Below are positions 39,874 through 55,166 of a stretch of 64,000 nt of DNA, piece by piece (within the stretch, counting starts at the first letter, position 1; each line of letters begins with the position of its first letter). The DNA lies in assembly GCF_001194135.2 (NCBI RefSeq), contig NC_068988.1, positions 3,867,245-3,931,244 of the forward strand, written 5' to 3'. The notes below the pieces were generated by a model, which did no database searches, had not been told where the DNA came from, and was given only the letters and a program-made list of their open reading frames with translations. The DNA comes from Octopus bimaculoides (lineage: Eukaryota). Position numbers and translations under genes: made by a program.

Positions 39874-42136
39874 GTAAGGGACACATCTACCCCAACAAAC
39901 TTGTCCCCATTTAAAAAATCAATGTTTTATATTCTAAATATCTGAATGGTAGAGCCAAGAATTGGCTGAGCAGAATGACTAACAGACTGGTTGAATGTTG
40001 CTTGATTGGATACCTTAACATCCAACTAAAACATCAACTCAAGCAGAGAAATCAATGGATTCAATAAAAATATCCAATATTATTTTGTTTGCCCAATGAG
40101 AGATGATCCAGGTACTTATCACTTACTTCATTATAACAGGTTTTACTTAATTAGATCTAATACCATCTCCACTACCCTCTTCCTTTCATCACAAGCAATA
40201 CTTCAATAACACCCTGTCATATTACATATCATTTTATTAGTGCTGCCTCATCACTGATATTATAATCTTTGAATGTAATTATGTCACATCCTTCTCAAAT
40301 ACTATTTGTTAATTAACCTACAAGCCTTCTAACTGTTGTTGACCACATGAAGTAAAACTAAATACGTTGCAAATTTAAACATTCTATGAACCTTCCACAT
40401 CTGCGCCAGATTTGGAGTAAAGCTCCAAGTGAACAGAAGTTTTAGAACAGTTTTATCCTGGGATGAGGAACAATGAGTGATGCTACTAGTCCTGGCCTAT
40501 TGACCACATTATAAATAGATAAAAAAAGTCACTAAAAAAGTTTGTTAGAGAAATTTTGCAACGGAATTATATTGGTAACAATGAGATAAAGTAAGGACTT
40601 TCACATAGGTTCTTCCTCAGAACAATATGACAAAAATAGTTGACTTCATCTTTAACTTAGTGATCCCTAGCACTAAAGGATTAACTGTATTACATGTTAT
40701 AAATACTTGATCTCAACCAAAGCCTTACATACTTCGTTTCTTCTTCTTCTTCTTGGTATAGTCCATACTCAAGACACTGATTTCCAACAGTCCATCACAC
40801 TTATTGTAAAGTTACCACAGAATGGTCATTGTTCACTGCCGGAACCAGTTGCAACACTGCATGCTTTTGTTGTCTTGCTGTACTCAATTGAAGGCTTCTT
40901 GTGAGCATCAGCAAAAGTGATACTCTCCAAAATGATACTCTCATTTTGATATTCAAGTGTTCAGTGGTAGCAACTGTGGTCTGCAACTCCCAGAAAAGGG
41001 AATGAAAAATGTTTCTCTCTCTTTCAAGTCCTGCATTTGAAGGACATTTGAAGGTTTATAAAAACGTAAGTAGTTTAAAATAGGTTTTCACAATCTGAGA
41101 AACTGAACAATTGATAAACAGTGAAAAGACTTTATATAACTGTTTATATTAGTCAGGCTAGACTCTCCATCTTGATTGCTGCTTTCACTATCTTTCAGCT
41201 GTCCTATGCTCCAGCCTCCTTCAGGGGTCTCGTGTTGGACTTGGCTGTTGTATTGGAATTTCAAAACTAACCCTTTATTTTTTCTATAGGGGTAGATTGT
41301 ACTCTCTACATTTCAAGGCATCTTTTAGTTCAGTTGAATTATGTAAATTACCATTGGGCCTTGCCTGCGACTGAACAATAGACTTTAGCACAACACACCT
41401 GAAAAAGGCTGTGAAACAGTCAAAACATAGTGAAAGAATTAAGATGAAGACACCATTCTGACTGATATAAACAATAGACATAATATAAATTCCTTACCTC
41501 AGTAATACAGAATTGAAATGATTATGGCATCAATTCCTTATGTTGTACACAATGAGCACACAGATGAAGCAGATGTGACATTGTATATTTTGGGTCACAT
41601 CATTGCAAACACTATACAACCTCATCTCATTCAACAACACACAAGAAGTTGGAAAGCAACGTAAAGTTGCAATTGTAGTTGACCCCTGAAGACTTAAGAT
41701 GGTAACACAAAGTCTATACCTGGCAAACTCATTCCACATGACTTAACTCTTTTCACCCGGAATTTCAATTTAGGAATCAATAAAATGGAGAGGGATAAAA
41801 TATAATCAACATGTCCACTTTTAGAACAATATTCTTTGGATATTATTGAAGGATTCATTATGGGTTACAAGACATTCTTCTAGCGATGTATTCAATCATT
41901 CAATCATCTCTTCATGCTGCAACCAATATATTCAAACTGAAGCCAGCAGAAAACAATGCAACTTTAGCTTTGACAAAAATCAATGCACTTTGGGTCAACT
42001 GGATCCATAAATTACCAGAACTTTTTGACTTTGCCACATTTGTGTGATATAATATATATAAATATATAGATATATTTATGCACATACATAAATGCATACA
42101 TGTGTGTATATATGCATACACAGGTAGAAATACAAA

Positions 42137-42192
<56 letters not shown>

Positions 42193-42609
42193 TATACATA
42201 TGTTGATGCTTCACATAAACAAATACCACCATGTGTGTGAATGTATTTACGCATGCATGCTTGACTTAAGATGACTACATCAAGAATTCTACCTTGAACA
42301 TTGGATTCAAATGTCAAAAACTCATCCTATTTTTCAAATAAAGAAATATTGATATAAAAGGCATAAAGACAAAATGATAAAGCTAGAAGCGTTTCCTTTA
42401 ATCAATATTATTCCAGTGGGCCATAAATTGGCAAAACCAATGTAACACCTGAACGCCTGATTAGTTTCTCGCTATTTTCATCTGTTACCTTTTATAAATA
42501 TACATATATGTGACTATCAGTCTTTCAGTTCAAACCTTGCAAGGGTTATTTATGCAGTTTGCCCTTTCTGGGGTCAGTAAAAATAAAATTTTTAGCATTA
42601 TTATATTGA

Positions 42610-42800
42610 AGTAAGCTAGCAGAATCATTAGAGCTTGGTCAACTACTTTGAGGTGATTTTTACATTCTAAGATCAAGTCTTGTTGGCGTCAACTTTGCTC
42701 TCATCCTTTCAGGGTTCATAAAATAAAGAACCAATCTGTTACTGGGATTGATTATATTGACTCACCCTTTTTTTCAAAATCCCTGTCCCTTGTCCCTAAA
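42610..42800 (+). mobile_element. SINE family B, degenerate
   Basis: tacattctaagatcaag...aactttgctctcatcctttcagggttcataaaataaag. Confidence 0.55.
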
Positions 42801-43247
42801 TAATGAACCATTATGATTATACAGAGATTTAGGGAAATATTTCCTGGCTCTTGAATTTGTGTCAGTGAAAAAATAAAATTATATTACATTTCCCAAGTTT
42901 TATTCTTAAAATGATTCAAACTTAGAACCATTTCCATATTTTTTGTGTGTGAGACAAGGAACTAACAATAAAGGTATTAAGAAATGGTTTTAATTATTCC
43001 AATATTGATTTATCAGAGAATGGGAGTGATACAATATTACACCATAAAATTTGTGAAAATATTTGCATTAATGGCAGAATTTTGATTAAATTTATGATTT
43101 TACATAATATTATATTACAAAAGTTTTCATAAAATGTTTTCAAATCCACAGCATTGGTTACCATGTGACACTATAGATGTACTTTTACGAACAATTCGAT
43201 TATTGCTTCCAATATAGAATTCACAGAAATATGAAATAAATAAATAA

Positions 43248-43278
<31 letters not shown>

Positions 43279-43730
43279 TATACAGAATAATCACAATTAT
43301 TATTTACTTCATCACTTTTCAATGCTTCCATAATAATATTCATTTATTAAGGGTACTTCCTGAGTGAAGATGGCGCTATGTGTGTATGTTTTTATATGGC
43401 ATGTCACAACACACCATAATAACCTGCCAATGATAACACTTTTCTCTCAAACAGGAGTCTTTCCTGAAAGATAACAGTAGTGTTAAACATCCTATGTAAA
43501 ATAATACTATATTGAACCTCAAGTCAATCCAAATCAAAGCCACTCTGCCACATCAACTTAAATTGCAACACTGACCTTTTACTGGAACCTCAACAGCAAC
43601 AACACTTTAGAATGCAGAATTCATATCTCCCAATGGATTTAGCTGGGAGAGTCTGTTGTAAATATTCACTGATCTGCTTAAATATTGATAAATATCTCTA
43701 ATGAATAAAAATCAAGGAACTAATTTTGTT

Positions 43731-44198
43731 TACAAGGTAGTTTCAAAAAGTTGCCAAACAAGTTCAATAGTGCACCAACAGATGGCAGCACATGGTTGTG
43801 TGTGCAGTGAGAGCTAGCAGTGACCTTCATGAGGGGTAGTGTGTTGAGTGATATAGCTGTGTTTACTTCAGAAGTCATGAAACTTGTATTTTTGGGATCA
43901 GGTGTATGCTATAGTCTGCGATTTTGTCATGGACAGGAAGTTGGAACAAAGAGCCAAAACTTGGGAAGTCTGCTACAGAGACAATGTGCATGCTTTGGTA
44001 AGCATATGGTGATGAGGCAATGAGTCATATGCAATGTTTCAAATGACATGGATGCTTCAAAAGCAGAAGAACATCCCTGGAAGACGATGAACAATCTGGA
44101 AGACTTGCCATGAGCATCACCCTCAGAAATATGGAGAAAATTCATCAGCTTGTGCCTGAGGATAAATGGAGGACTATCAACGATGTTTTGAAGTATTT
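43731..44198 (+). mobile_element. Mariner 5' end with decayed transposase HTH region
   Basis: TAcaaggtagtttcaaaaag TIR-like start; from 43929, MDRKLEQRA/KLGKSATET...AYGDEAMS...SLEDDEQSGR...EKIHQLV..D. Confidence 0.85.
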
Positions 44199-44452
44199 GA
44201 GATGTGTTTGTATTTTTCATTTGATCTGATTATTTGAAGACAGGCAACATCATTATAATACAGGACAGTACTTGGTAAAGTTGCGTTGTATGATAGTGTA
44301 TTACTGGTACATAAGTTTATTTGTTTGACTGGATTACCAAATAATATGAGTTAATTGAGTAAGATTCTTTTAAAAGTATTTGCATTGGGTTATGGTACAA
44401 ATTTGAGTGCAAACATTGAAAACCGTTTGTGATTTATAGGTAATGGTATGTG
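44199..44452 (+). repeat. 254-bp direct repeat, copy 2
   Basis: Near-identical to 37934-38187; abuts the mariner break. Confidence 0.95.
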
Positions 44453-45527
44453 AGATATACCTGACTGTTGGTGGTTTGAAACCAAAGAAGCTTTAAGAGA
44501 ATGGAATATTGAATGGTAGAAGAAAAGGCAGGAAACAAAGACAAGACAACTGTGGGCCACAAGCTGGTGTATGTTTGTGACTTTATATTCCTAAGATATT
44601 ACTGGTAACATACTGTCAACTCAACAAGGATGAGAAAGAAACCCATCTTCTCCAAAATGTAAACTCAATAGGCAAGAGGGATTTACTTTGTGAAATAAAT
44701 GTTGATGATTAATTTATCTCAAAGCAATTAATTAAATAATTAGACACAGCCAGTGATCATAGAATAAGATGCTCTTTCTAACTAAGTATGTCATATTCTT
44801 GAATATGGTAAATCTCTAGTTTTTCTCATAAGAAAAGGCATATTATTTCAAAGTTATTATAGCACTATTAAAGTTAATTATAGGCCATTTTCTCCAATAG
44901 GAAATTAATACTAAATGTGGTTTTATGACTGTGAAGGATGAACGAGTCTCTCTAAGTAAGATGAGTTTACAAATTATTCTTGTCTTAGACATTCATTCAT
45001 AGTCGGTGACCTGGAGAGGAGACAGTCTTTATCAATTAGTTTTACTCTTAGTAAAATACTAAATTGGTATAAATAGTTAAGAACCAAGCCAAAATGGCTT
45101 ACTTCATTGAGTATTACACTTTTATGTTCCAAGTTCGAATCACTCCATAGACCAACTGTATTACTCCCCAACATAGACTTCATGAATATTCAAAAGAGAT
45201 CAATTTTAGATGTAATAATTAAAATCATTAACGTTTTTAGATTCAACAGTTGCAGAGAGTAAACCAAATCCGCTTCCTGTTACTGATAAATCATCATTGA
45301 AGTGAGATAAACTGACCAATGAGAATCAAGTTCTGGTCTCTAAGACAGAAGTAATCATAATGCTTCCTTTTCTATGCTTCTGATTGTCTGAGGCACAGGT
45401 TAAGTTTTTCATGTCCATAAGACTTTAAATAATATGAGGAGCTAAATCAACCTGTTACTCAATAAATACAACTCCAACTACATGTATTGAGATCTACTTC
45501 CATCCATTTGTTCACTTGCATGTACGA

Positions 45528-45538
45528 GTACACACACA

Positions 45539-45610
<72 letters not shown>
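45528..45610. repeat. (CA)n microsatellite
   Basis: Read directly. Confidence 0.95.
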
Positions 45611-45614
<4 letters not shown>

Positions 45615-46739
45615 CATGTACACAAGTGTGTGTATCTGTAAAAGTAACTTTTGCATTTGCTTTCAGAAGAATATTGATAAGAGAACTGTAAGCAGAGCTG
45701 TATTGTAAGCATTTCTCTCTTGACCCAAATCTTCAAAAGGATCCAAAACCAGCAAGCTCACAGACATTTATTAATTTAGCATTCTTAATCTGGTTAGCTA
45801 TTCCACCTTGAGATATTATTTGCAATTAGAACTATAGAAATATATGTTGTTGAAGCAAGAGATGAGAAGTGCTATGAACACGGTAATCTCATTTTCTCAA
45901 GCTGATCTGGATTAGGTGATTCGCTATTACAGCCTCTGTACAATCATCTTGACCCTGTGTTGTCTCTTTTGTGAAGCATGCTGTTCAGTAATTAGCCTTT
46001 ACACAGTTCTTCCCTTATCAAACCTGTTTTCTTGCATCATGCACTCTCTTGCGAATTTTCATGACACTTCTAAAGCCCTCATATATGGTTTATTCATTTT
46101 AAATCTAAAGAAGCGTTGTCCCCACCCCCAACCACTCCTGCACACATCAGCCAATATCACAGATGCTATACTGCTTTATCAACTCACATGTGATCATGAT
46201 TAAAAATGGAAATATAGAAATCATTTATTTATTTTCTCTAAAGATCATCTGCAGCTTGAAGAATTTTACCTTCCAGCAATAGGATATGACATTTGTCACT
46301 TTTTAAGATGTTCTTGCTTTTAACAAGTTGATATTGGTTCATTCTAACTTACAAGTCCTTAGAAATGACTTCTGTTGCTCAGCAACAATAAATGTAGATC
46401 ACAACACCTTACTATAATAGAGTTAGCATAGTGCCACAATGACTACTAAATGCTTAACAAATTCACTTCTCACTAATGAGGTCCCATGCTCAATCCAACA
46501 ACTGGGCATATTGGCCAAATGTATTTGATCATATCATCAGCTCAAAATAACAAAAGCCTTGTTAAGGAAATTGGGTTGAAAAAAACGGTGTGGGAGACCA
46601 CTGGATAGAATGTAACTGGGATCTACAGGTCTAACCTTGTCGAAACTCTCAAGGAATTATCAAGCTTTTCCAAGTGAAAAAAAATGATAAATATGATTCC
46701 CGACTAAAAGGTATTAATGGAGCCTTCAGTTAATGTTGT

Positions 46740-46883
<144 letters not shown>

Positions 46884-47249
46884 CTGCTATCCTATTATTG
46901 TATTCCCCTTTTCCTCCCATCCCCCGCTTTGTATACACATGAACTCTCTGCTCACTTACCCTGTCTTCATTTTCTGTACCACTCCACTGACATTCACCTC
47001 CGTGTATCTTGGCGGGCTACACCCTTGGATGGTACTATCATCTCTCTTTCTCTCCCCCCTCTCTCTCCCCCTCTCTCTCCCCCTCTCTCTCTGTCTGCAG
47101 TCTCCTTGTATCTCCTCTACTGCAAGATACCTGTTTCTGTCCCTTTATCACAGTCTAACCTCTTGCCGCCTGATACAAAGCCACCTCCCTCAATTTCGTT
47201 CCACATCTTGTTGAGAGGTCTTTGCCTTGCAAATTATTTTGTGACCTCA

Positions 47250-47436
47250 CTGATGCTGGTGCCACATAAAAACACCCAGTCCACACTTTGTAAAACGGAT
47301 GGCATTAGGAAGGGTATCCAGACATAGAAATTATGCTAAAGCAGAGAGTAGAGCTTGGAGAAACATTCTGGCATGCAAAATCATCCACAGAAGCCATCCA
47401 ACCCATGCCAGCACAGAAAATGGTGATGATGCTGAT
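47250..47436 (+). mobile_element. SINE family C, degenerate
   Basis: ggcattaggaagggtatccag...ccaacccatgccagcac. Confidence 0.7.
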
Positions 47437-49589
47437 GTACACACACACACACACACATACATTACTAAATAAATAAATAAATAAATAAATACAAACATAC
47501 ACAGAGAGAAAGCGAGAGAGGTATTTGAACAAGTGTCACGAAACAAGAAATAACATCCTCTATTTCTATAATGACAATATGGAATCAATCAATTCTTAAT
47601 ACTCTGAGTTTCATATAAACTGCAGTGATATTTTGCACGGAACTTGATCAATACAAATTTTCACAGGAGTTTATTTGATAACTAGAGTATCGTATACTGA
47701 CTGATTCTATACTTCATGTTTGTGTGTGCGTATATGCATGCATATAGAGAAATAGCAATTTACTAATGCCTCTCATCATGACCAAATCATTTTCTGAACA
47801 ATTTTTTGAACATAAAATATTTTGGGTGATGAATTATGTCTTGAGTAATAAACACACAAACTGGCAAGAACAGTTGGCAACAGGATGGAAGTATCAGCGA
47901 GAGAGCTTCAATTGCTGCCCAGCTTCTGCTTAGTGCAAATCCCTGCTCAAATTTGCTGTGCCCTCTCTTGTATTTTCAATGAGAAAAATAGTTTTGGCTC
48001 ATGAATATTCCAGGTGACAAACAGCTTTCAGGAATGAATTAAATTCACAAACACAGGTTCCTCTGCACATGTATATATATTTGCATGTATGTATATATAT
48101 TTGCATGTATGTATATACATATGTACAACAAGCTTACACACACTTTTGTCCACCAAATTCCACTAATAAGCCAAACCTATGTTAGACCAAAGGTGCTGAG
48201 CTTTGAGATTGAACCAGAAAGCCAGGAATCAAATGGTCATAAAACAAACTTCTTAACTGACCATCCAGTCATTCTATACTCAAAATATGCTCTTGAAACA
48301 TACTTTTTCTCATCATTCAATTTGCCTGAAATCTTTACAGGTGTCCTCGTCTAACAAAATAATCTAATTACTTTCTCTAAAAAGACAATTTTCTTCATCA
48401 AGATATTCTAGAGAAACTGTATTCACGATAGATTTCAGTGTTGTTCAACCACAAAATGAGTTAAAATTTACACTTAAAGTATTAAATTTTTAAATCACTC
48501 TCATAAATTCTAATGTTGCTATTGTTTTTTCTTTTGTAAATTTTCTTTTTACATTTTACACAATTCTTTCATGTTAATTTGAGATAAATGTTCATATAAT
48601 TGATATTATTGCTGCTGTTGTTCTTGTTGTTGCTGTTGTTGTCGATGCTATTAAATGTTTTGCTAGTTTTTCACCCTGCAAACTATTTAGTGCAACATGA
48701 TGAAAGAGACATATTCAGCCAAGGTATTACCAAATCCTAATCAGATTTCAAAAGTTGTTTGTTTTTTATTTCATTCTTGTAATTTATTATTATCACTATT
48801 ATTGCTTTTCTCATCGTTGTTGTCATCGTCGTCATCATTATATTGTTATAACTATTATTATTTTACTCATCAACATCACTACTCTTCTTCATTTTTTTTT
48901 TTTTTTTCAAATAGTGGTAATGAAATTTCTTCCACTATTTATTATTATTTTCTTTCAGTCTCAAGTTTCCAGTTGATTCCTTGTTAAAAAGCTGCCTTTT
49001 ACTGAAGGCTATAAAACTAACAGATCAATTTGATTTTATAAGATCGTTTGATCTTACTTAGATCAGAGATTATTGTACAATTAGTTTCAAAACTGATAGT
49101 GAATTGTCACTTCGTGTTTAATCAAGAAACCATTACTAAAATCAACCAATTCACAAGGAAACAAAGATCTTGATATTGATTTCATTTGACTGGAATATGG
49201 AGAATTTTTCTATGGCAAGAACATGGTCAACTGAATCAGCTGGTACAGGATACGATGCTGGTACTAGATAAATAATAGATAAATTATATAAGCTGCATGA
49301 GTACTGCGGCAAATATGCAGATGATATTATAACTGACAAGAAATAGCTGGCTCAGCTGAAATGAGGAAAATTAAACAAGTAAACAACAATATGTAGCGTG
49401 GTAGGAATTTAAACAATCTGAATTTACCCTGAACAGCTTCTTTACTTTTTTAAACCTGTTATTAAAAGAATAAAGTAATTGTTAAAAGCAAGCAATATAA
49501 AGTTGTGTACATGTAGCACAGTAAAGTTATGATACCAAACATGCAGTGTGTGAATGTAGCATGTTAATACAAAGGAAAAGATCAAATAG

Positions 49590-49905
49590 AGACTGTATAT
49601 ATTCAGGGATAAGTCTAACAATTCGGGAATGCCAGCTCAGACTGTTTGGCCATGTTGCTCAATTATCTGACTTAGACCCGGTTTACTGTGTTCTCTTCAG
49701 TGAGGATCTGGCAGGGTTGATGGCTCATGTTGGTCAACCACATGTCACATGGTCACGGCAGATGAGGAGGAGTCTTGCAGGGATGGGGACTGACTGGGAC
49801 TCTACTCAACTGGTCAACTGGGAGAACCCAGGAACAAACCAACAAATGGTGAATGTAGCAACACACAGCAGCGTCGCATACCTTCCCATCTGACTTGACC
49901 TGATG
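49590..49905 (+). mobile_element. RTE/RTEX-type LINE 3' end
   Basis: IRECQLRLFGHVAQL..LDP...GQPHVTW matches RTE QLRLFGHVAR...DP...GRP..W; tgacttgacctga tail. Confidence 0.8.
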
Positions 49906-50699
49906 GATTACTGTTCGAAACAAAGGAAAAGTGACATTAACACAGCTCAGTAACTGTTAAACCAGTCAGTCATTATTTAATTCCTCAGTACCAACTTTAG
50001 CAACTTATGTAAGACCATAGATTCTGCAAAACTGTTTAACAATAAAGTCAAGGTTATAGAAATAGAAAAGATAGCAAAATTTGTTATTTGCAATAGATGA
50101 GGGGAGGAGGATACTATTGAAACATATGGGAAGTTATAAGCATTGTTACAGGAGAATAAAACAGAAACATTTATTGCTTTATTAAGCATGAGACCATTAG
50201 TGAAAGGGGACTAGAAACTATTATCTAAAATAAAAACATTAATGAAACAAAGACATAGTGAAAACCAAAGTTGTATCATGAAATAAAGTAGTAAAATGAA
50301 AAGAAAACCTAAAGATAAATTACCATAGCAACAGTGGATATAAGCTACTTTAAACTGTTATCAATGAAAGGAAATCAATGAGTTAATTACATAGATTAGT
50401 TTTGTAAACAAAATGCCAGGTGGTCAACATTGCAACACCAGTAAATACCACCAAAACAGACAATACAATACACAAAGTATAATGAAATTAACAATGTAAA
50501 TAATGTAAATAATATGAATTTTATTTTTGTTTACTGACTTCACATTGCTTAACGTTGCCTTTCAAAACAAACTGTACCTGGGAAAATGAAGGTCTAAATC
50601 TTAAATATGTAAATCTACAATTAGAGATTAGCAGAATATGTTGCTCCTTGAAGGTAAAGGAATAGAAAGAGAACAGGGTTTAATGGGAGTGAATCTGTT

Positions 50700-51240
50700 G
50701 TGATTACCATGACAAACAGTGGCAATGTGACGAGGATGTGATCTTGGTCCCCCTGTTTTCCTTGAGATGGTGAACTGTTACCAACATACCAGGGATTAGT
50801 CTCTACAGTATTATGTATCCATCACGGCTGATCTTACCAATTGGCTTCATGCTAGGAATACAATGGAGTGTTGCATTACAATCCGATTATATAGCCTTAT
50901 GCTCATCAGAGTTAGTCAATATAGAAGGGAATATGACAATTGCTCTCAGTTGCCAGAGGTGAATTGCAGTTGCTGGGAAAAAGAAAAAGGGCAGATTAGG
51001 TTAGGATTCACTGTAAAGCCATTAAGAATTATCGTTTCGCCCAAGCCGACCCTTACTAAAGAGTAAGGTTCTTCCCACATGCATATGATCCATATGTCCT
51101 CGTTGCTAACTTCAATGTAGGTCCTAGTGAAATTCAGTACCTTTATCAGGAGCCCTCTTAATGGGTAGCAATGCACTATATCAAATTGGGTAAACCCTAC
51201 TGCTATTGGTTTTAAACCATGTAATGACCGTGTTGGTGTT
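50700..51240 (-). mobile_element. Helitron-type (Pif1-like) helicase C-terminal remnant
   Basis: GLLIKVLNFTRTYIEV...GETIIL...PNLICPFSF..Q...TLMSIRLYNR...A*SQLVRS follows the helicase C-terminal motif order; many stops. Confidence 0.55.
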
Positions 51241-53374
51241 GCACCATAGGGCAAGGTCGGGGGGGGGCGTGTGTGTATATTCACATATACATGCATATAT
51301 TATGTTGTTCATATTTGGTACATATATGTACATGTGGAACTCAACTCTTTCCCAGTGTTCTGAAAATTATTATACTTAGATTCTAAGAAATCACACGAAT
51401 GATTATATCATCATTATCATCATCATCAGTAGAATGGTAGAACTGCCATAATAGCAATTTAAGGAGTAGCTGTAACAATAGTTAGCTTGATTTGCTGGTA
51501 CCAATTCTGTGTAAGAGAGTACAATTGATAATCATGCAAGAGAACTTCATGGACAGTAGTGCTGCAACATTTCTTAACCATTCTAGTTTGGTCAATATCA
51601 TTTAGTTCAATTAATGAGAGATTTGTAAAAACCTAAATTATATTCAGTTTTCCTTAATTTGATATTGTTCGAGATAAGCAACATCATTTTGCCATTGATA
51701 ATATTCCCTGTCAGAGGAAACACTAAAGTTTGATCATCTAAGACATTGATAAATATCGTAATAGCATTCATATCAAAGCAAGAGCATTAATACTTCATAT
51801 TAAATAGTTTAATATTCAAATAAATAGATGAATAATAGGAACAAATATAAAAGCAATAATGGATTCTGGTATCAGTTATATGAATCCTAGTAATGCGGTC
51901 TTTCTGTTTGTAGTATATGTGTAGGTTCACCTGGGGGTATATGTAGATATAAGTATGTTGGTAGTTATATGCGTACATTTATGCATTTGTTCATGTGGTC
52001 ATGTGTGTATATATATATACACATATATATATATATATATACACATTTGTGTGGGTATTTAGGTATGAATGTATTGGGAGTCACGTGTGTGTGTGTTAGT
52101 CGTGTGTGTGTATTTATATATACACACATTTAGAAAATTATATACATGCATTGGCTATGTAACAACAAATGTGTTAGATGTGTGTGTAAAAAAGAAAAAT
52201 TTTATATAGAAAGAAATTTTATGGGGAAAAAGTGTAAGAAAGAGAAAGAGGAAAAGAGAGGAGAGATAAAGGAAGAAATAAAAGAGAAAATGAGGGAAAT
52301 AAAAACTGAAAATTGACAAAGTTAGTAAGAGGCAAAAAAAAAAGGAAAAAATATTACATTATTATCAATTGTTCATCCTTTGTAAGGATTTTGATCTTAT
52401 CTGCAATCAAATCAATATGGCTTTGAACAAATTTTGACAGTAAATTCCCCTACCACAATAAATTATTTTTGTTAATTCAGTTCGTAAAATGCACTATTTA
52501 TCATTTTTATACATAAATGACTGGATTTTATTTTCTTGGTTATTAGAGAAAGCTTCAATAATTTTAGAAATAAAAAAAAAAAAAAAATCTATCAACAAAT
52601 ATGATTGGCATTAGATGACAATAATTTCTGCTACTCAAGAAAACAATATTCCTTGTAAGATGATAACATAAACTCTATTTTCGGAATATTAGTTAATTTC
52701 AAGGCCAATTCAATGTTTTATCTCTTTAGATATCTGCTAAATGGAATGAGTAGCATACTGATTTTGCAGGACGATTTATCACCTGATAAAAAATAACATT
52801 AGCTTTTTTGTTGCTTTTTATAGGTTTATTATTATTTTTAATATTTCGAAAGTATTTTAGATAACGAGATTGTGAAATGACTGGTGCTAGCCAATGTTGG
52901 CAGGATTCTCTTTAATAAAAATCAAATTTGGAGGTATTTGTGGAATGGAATTATCATCTCCTGAAGTTCTCTGCCTGAAACTTTACCATATTCCTACCAT
53001 TCACAGTATCAATATATGGCACAAAGCAAAAAAAGGGATCTGAATGAATGGCTGCTAAATCTGCTAAAAACAACAACCAAATCTCTCTCAAATAACAGTT
53101 TTTATATAGAAAAAAATGGAAGAATATATTGGATTTTCTATAAGAATTTGGACAGGTAAGGTATAGAATATCTTTGATTTGAGCTGTCCAGAGGTGATCA
53201 ATAAGAACAACATGTACACCTCAAATGATTTCTTTTTAAATATAGATATTATATAGATAGTACTTGACACTAAAATCTGTCCTATATTTCTATCTATTAG
53301 TAGACCGAGCAGATCGATATTGAAATGATATTTAGTATTAATAAAATATTGATTTTTAACATCTGCCCAATAGC

Positions 53375-53500
53375 CTAAATTTTGAAGGAAGGAAAAGTCA
53401 ACTAAATCACCTCAATGATAACTTGAATGATTCTTTATTTTATCAACACCAGAAGGAAAAAGGCCAAGATGAGCTCAGTTGGATTTGAACACATACTTAA
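53375..53500 (-). mobile_element. SINE family B, very degenerate
   Basis: Weak reverse-complement similarity to 14505-14690. Confidence 0.4.
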
Positions 53501-55166
53501 AACTTACATTTCATAGAAATCACAGTAATAGCGTTAAGTTTGTAGCAAGTCATGTAACATGAATATATTTTGGGCATAATAGTATCATAAGATTAAATAT
53601 ATGGTTATATACTGAGCTGTTTTATAATCATTATAGTAGTCTAAGAAAGACAGGTTTGGCTTATGATTCTATTAGACAGAAAATCAGATTAGACCAGCCA
53701 TATGATTAACTTTCTTAAAATCTAATTTGTTGCAGGAAGATAGAACATAGAGAAAGTCAGGAAAGGAATTTTAAGGTGAAAAATTCAACAAAGTTTTTAA
53801 TAGGATATGAACTAGATTTGGAAAAATATACTATTTAAATTAATTTTCGTTTCCTTCATCTGCTTATGATGAGGTAGGGTGAACCTCAACAAATATGAAA
53901 TGTTTGAATCCAGTTGGCCATAAAGAATTTCATGGGTTATTAAAGAAGGAATGCAGCAGAGCAATGAAGCAGTAAACCTTCTCAAATAAAATTTATACAA
54001 ACTGGAATTATTGAGCAAGAGAGTTAGCAACTCAAATCCAACCAATCCAAAAAAGGAATTTGGTAGACACTGGAAGAATATTACTTTGGAAATAATTTTC
54101 TAAGAAGGAGAAAGCATTCATTGCAAATTAATTAGTCATTTCAGACTTTATATACTAGTAATCAATAGGCAAACTATTGTAAAAGAATTTAGGTGTCCAA
54201 AGAATTTATCGTGACTCTGCCAAGTTGTAAATGTCTTTAAGACTTGAAAATGGTTAAAAGATGGAATCTAACACCCAAAGAAGCTATTGTGCAGTACAGC
54301 AGATTATCTGCCATTGGTTATTCTATACAATAAAACATTCAAATCTCATTGAAAAATTATTTTCAGGTCAGTTGCAGCCAAACACCAGATTTTTATATTT
54401 ATGGATGTTGTTTGTGTGAATTATTTTTCCATATCTGATAAACACATTATAATTAGTCTGCTTCAACCTAACAGATTATGGCTACACAATAACAACATCT
54501 GCAGCTTGCCACCTGAAGAAAATATGATGATTTTTCATAATTTACAGCTAAAAGATCTTAATCTTGTACATACTAAGTCAAATTATAATCAGTAAAATCT
54601 CCTGCAAGCATCTAAACCACAAGAAAATTCGTGAACAGAAAATTAGATGCTTTTTCCTGAAACAGAAAATAATTCCATACTGAGCAATTACCAGTTACCA
54701 TTCCTTTAGTACTATTCCAAATGATTTTCCTATTGTGTTTAAAATATACTGCATATGTGTACATAAACTATTCAATGGGAAAAACAGCCAATGTTTAACT
54801 ATTTTAATGAAATCAATCAATACTAAAAATATATTCTGATATCTGAGAAATCTTATATTAATGAGCAAAATTTGCACTTTGAGTTATTTCTGTAGCGTTC
54901 TTTGTGATACTTCAATTCAATAACATTCTTCTGGTGCACTGGCATCTTTAACAAATTAAAATAGCAAAAGCAGACTTTCAAATTTTAAAAGGTAATCAAA
55001 TCAACTGACTTATTTAAATAGCAGAAACAGGGATCAAATATGGAAAGGGTAAAGAAGGTATTAAAATTAGATCAAATATTAGTAATTACTCAAAGAAATA
55101 AAACTAAGCCTAGAATTTATAAATAACTTTATCTTATTTAATCTTACATGATCAAATCATTTAAAA

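Noticed and set aside
40816-40980. Minus-strand exon with a signal-peptide-like MRVSFWRVSLLLML stretch
   Set aside because: Weak donor (gtaact), short hydrophobic core and no phase-compatible partner found.
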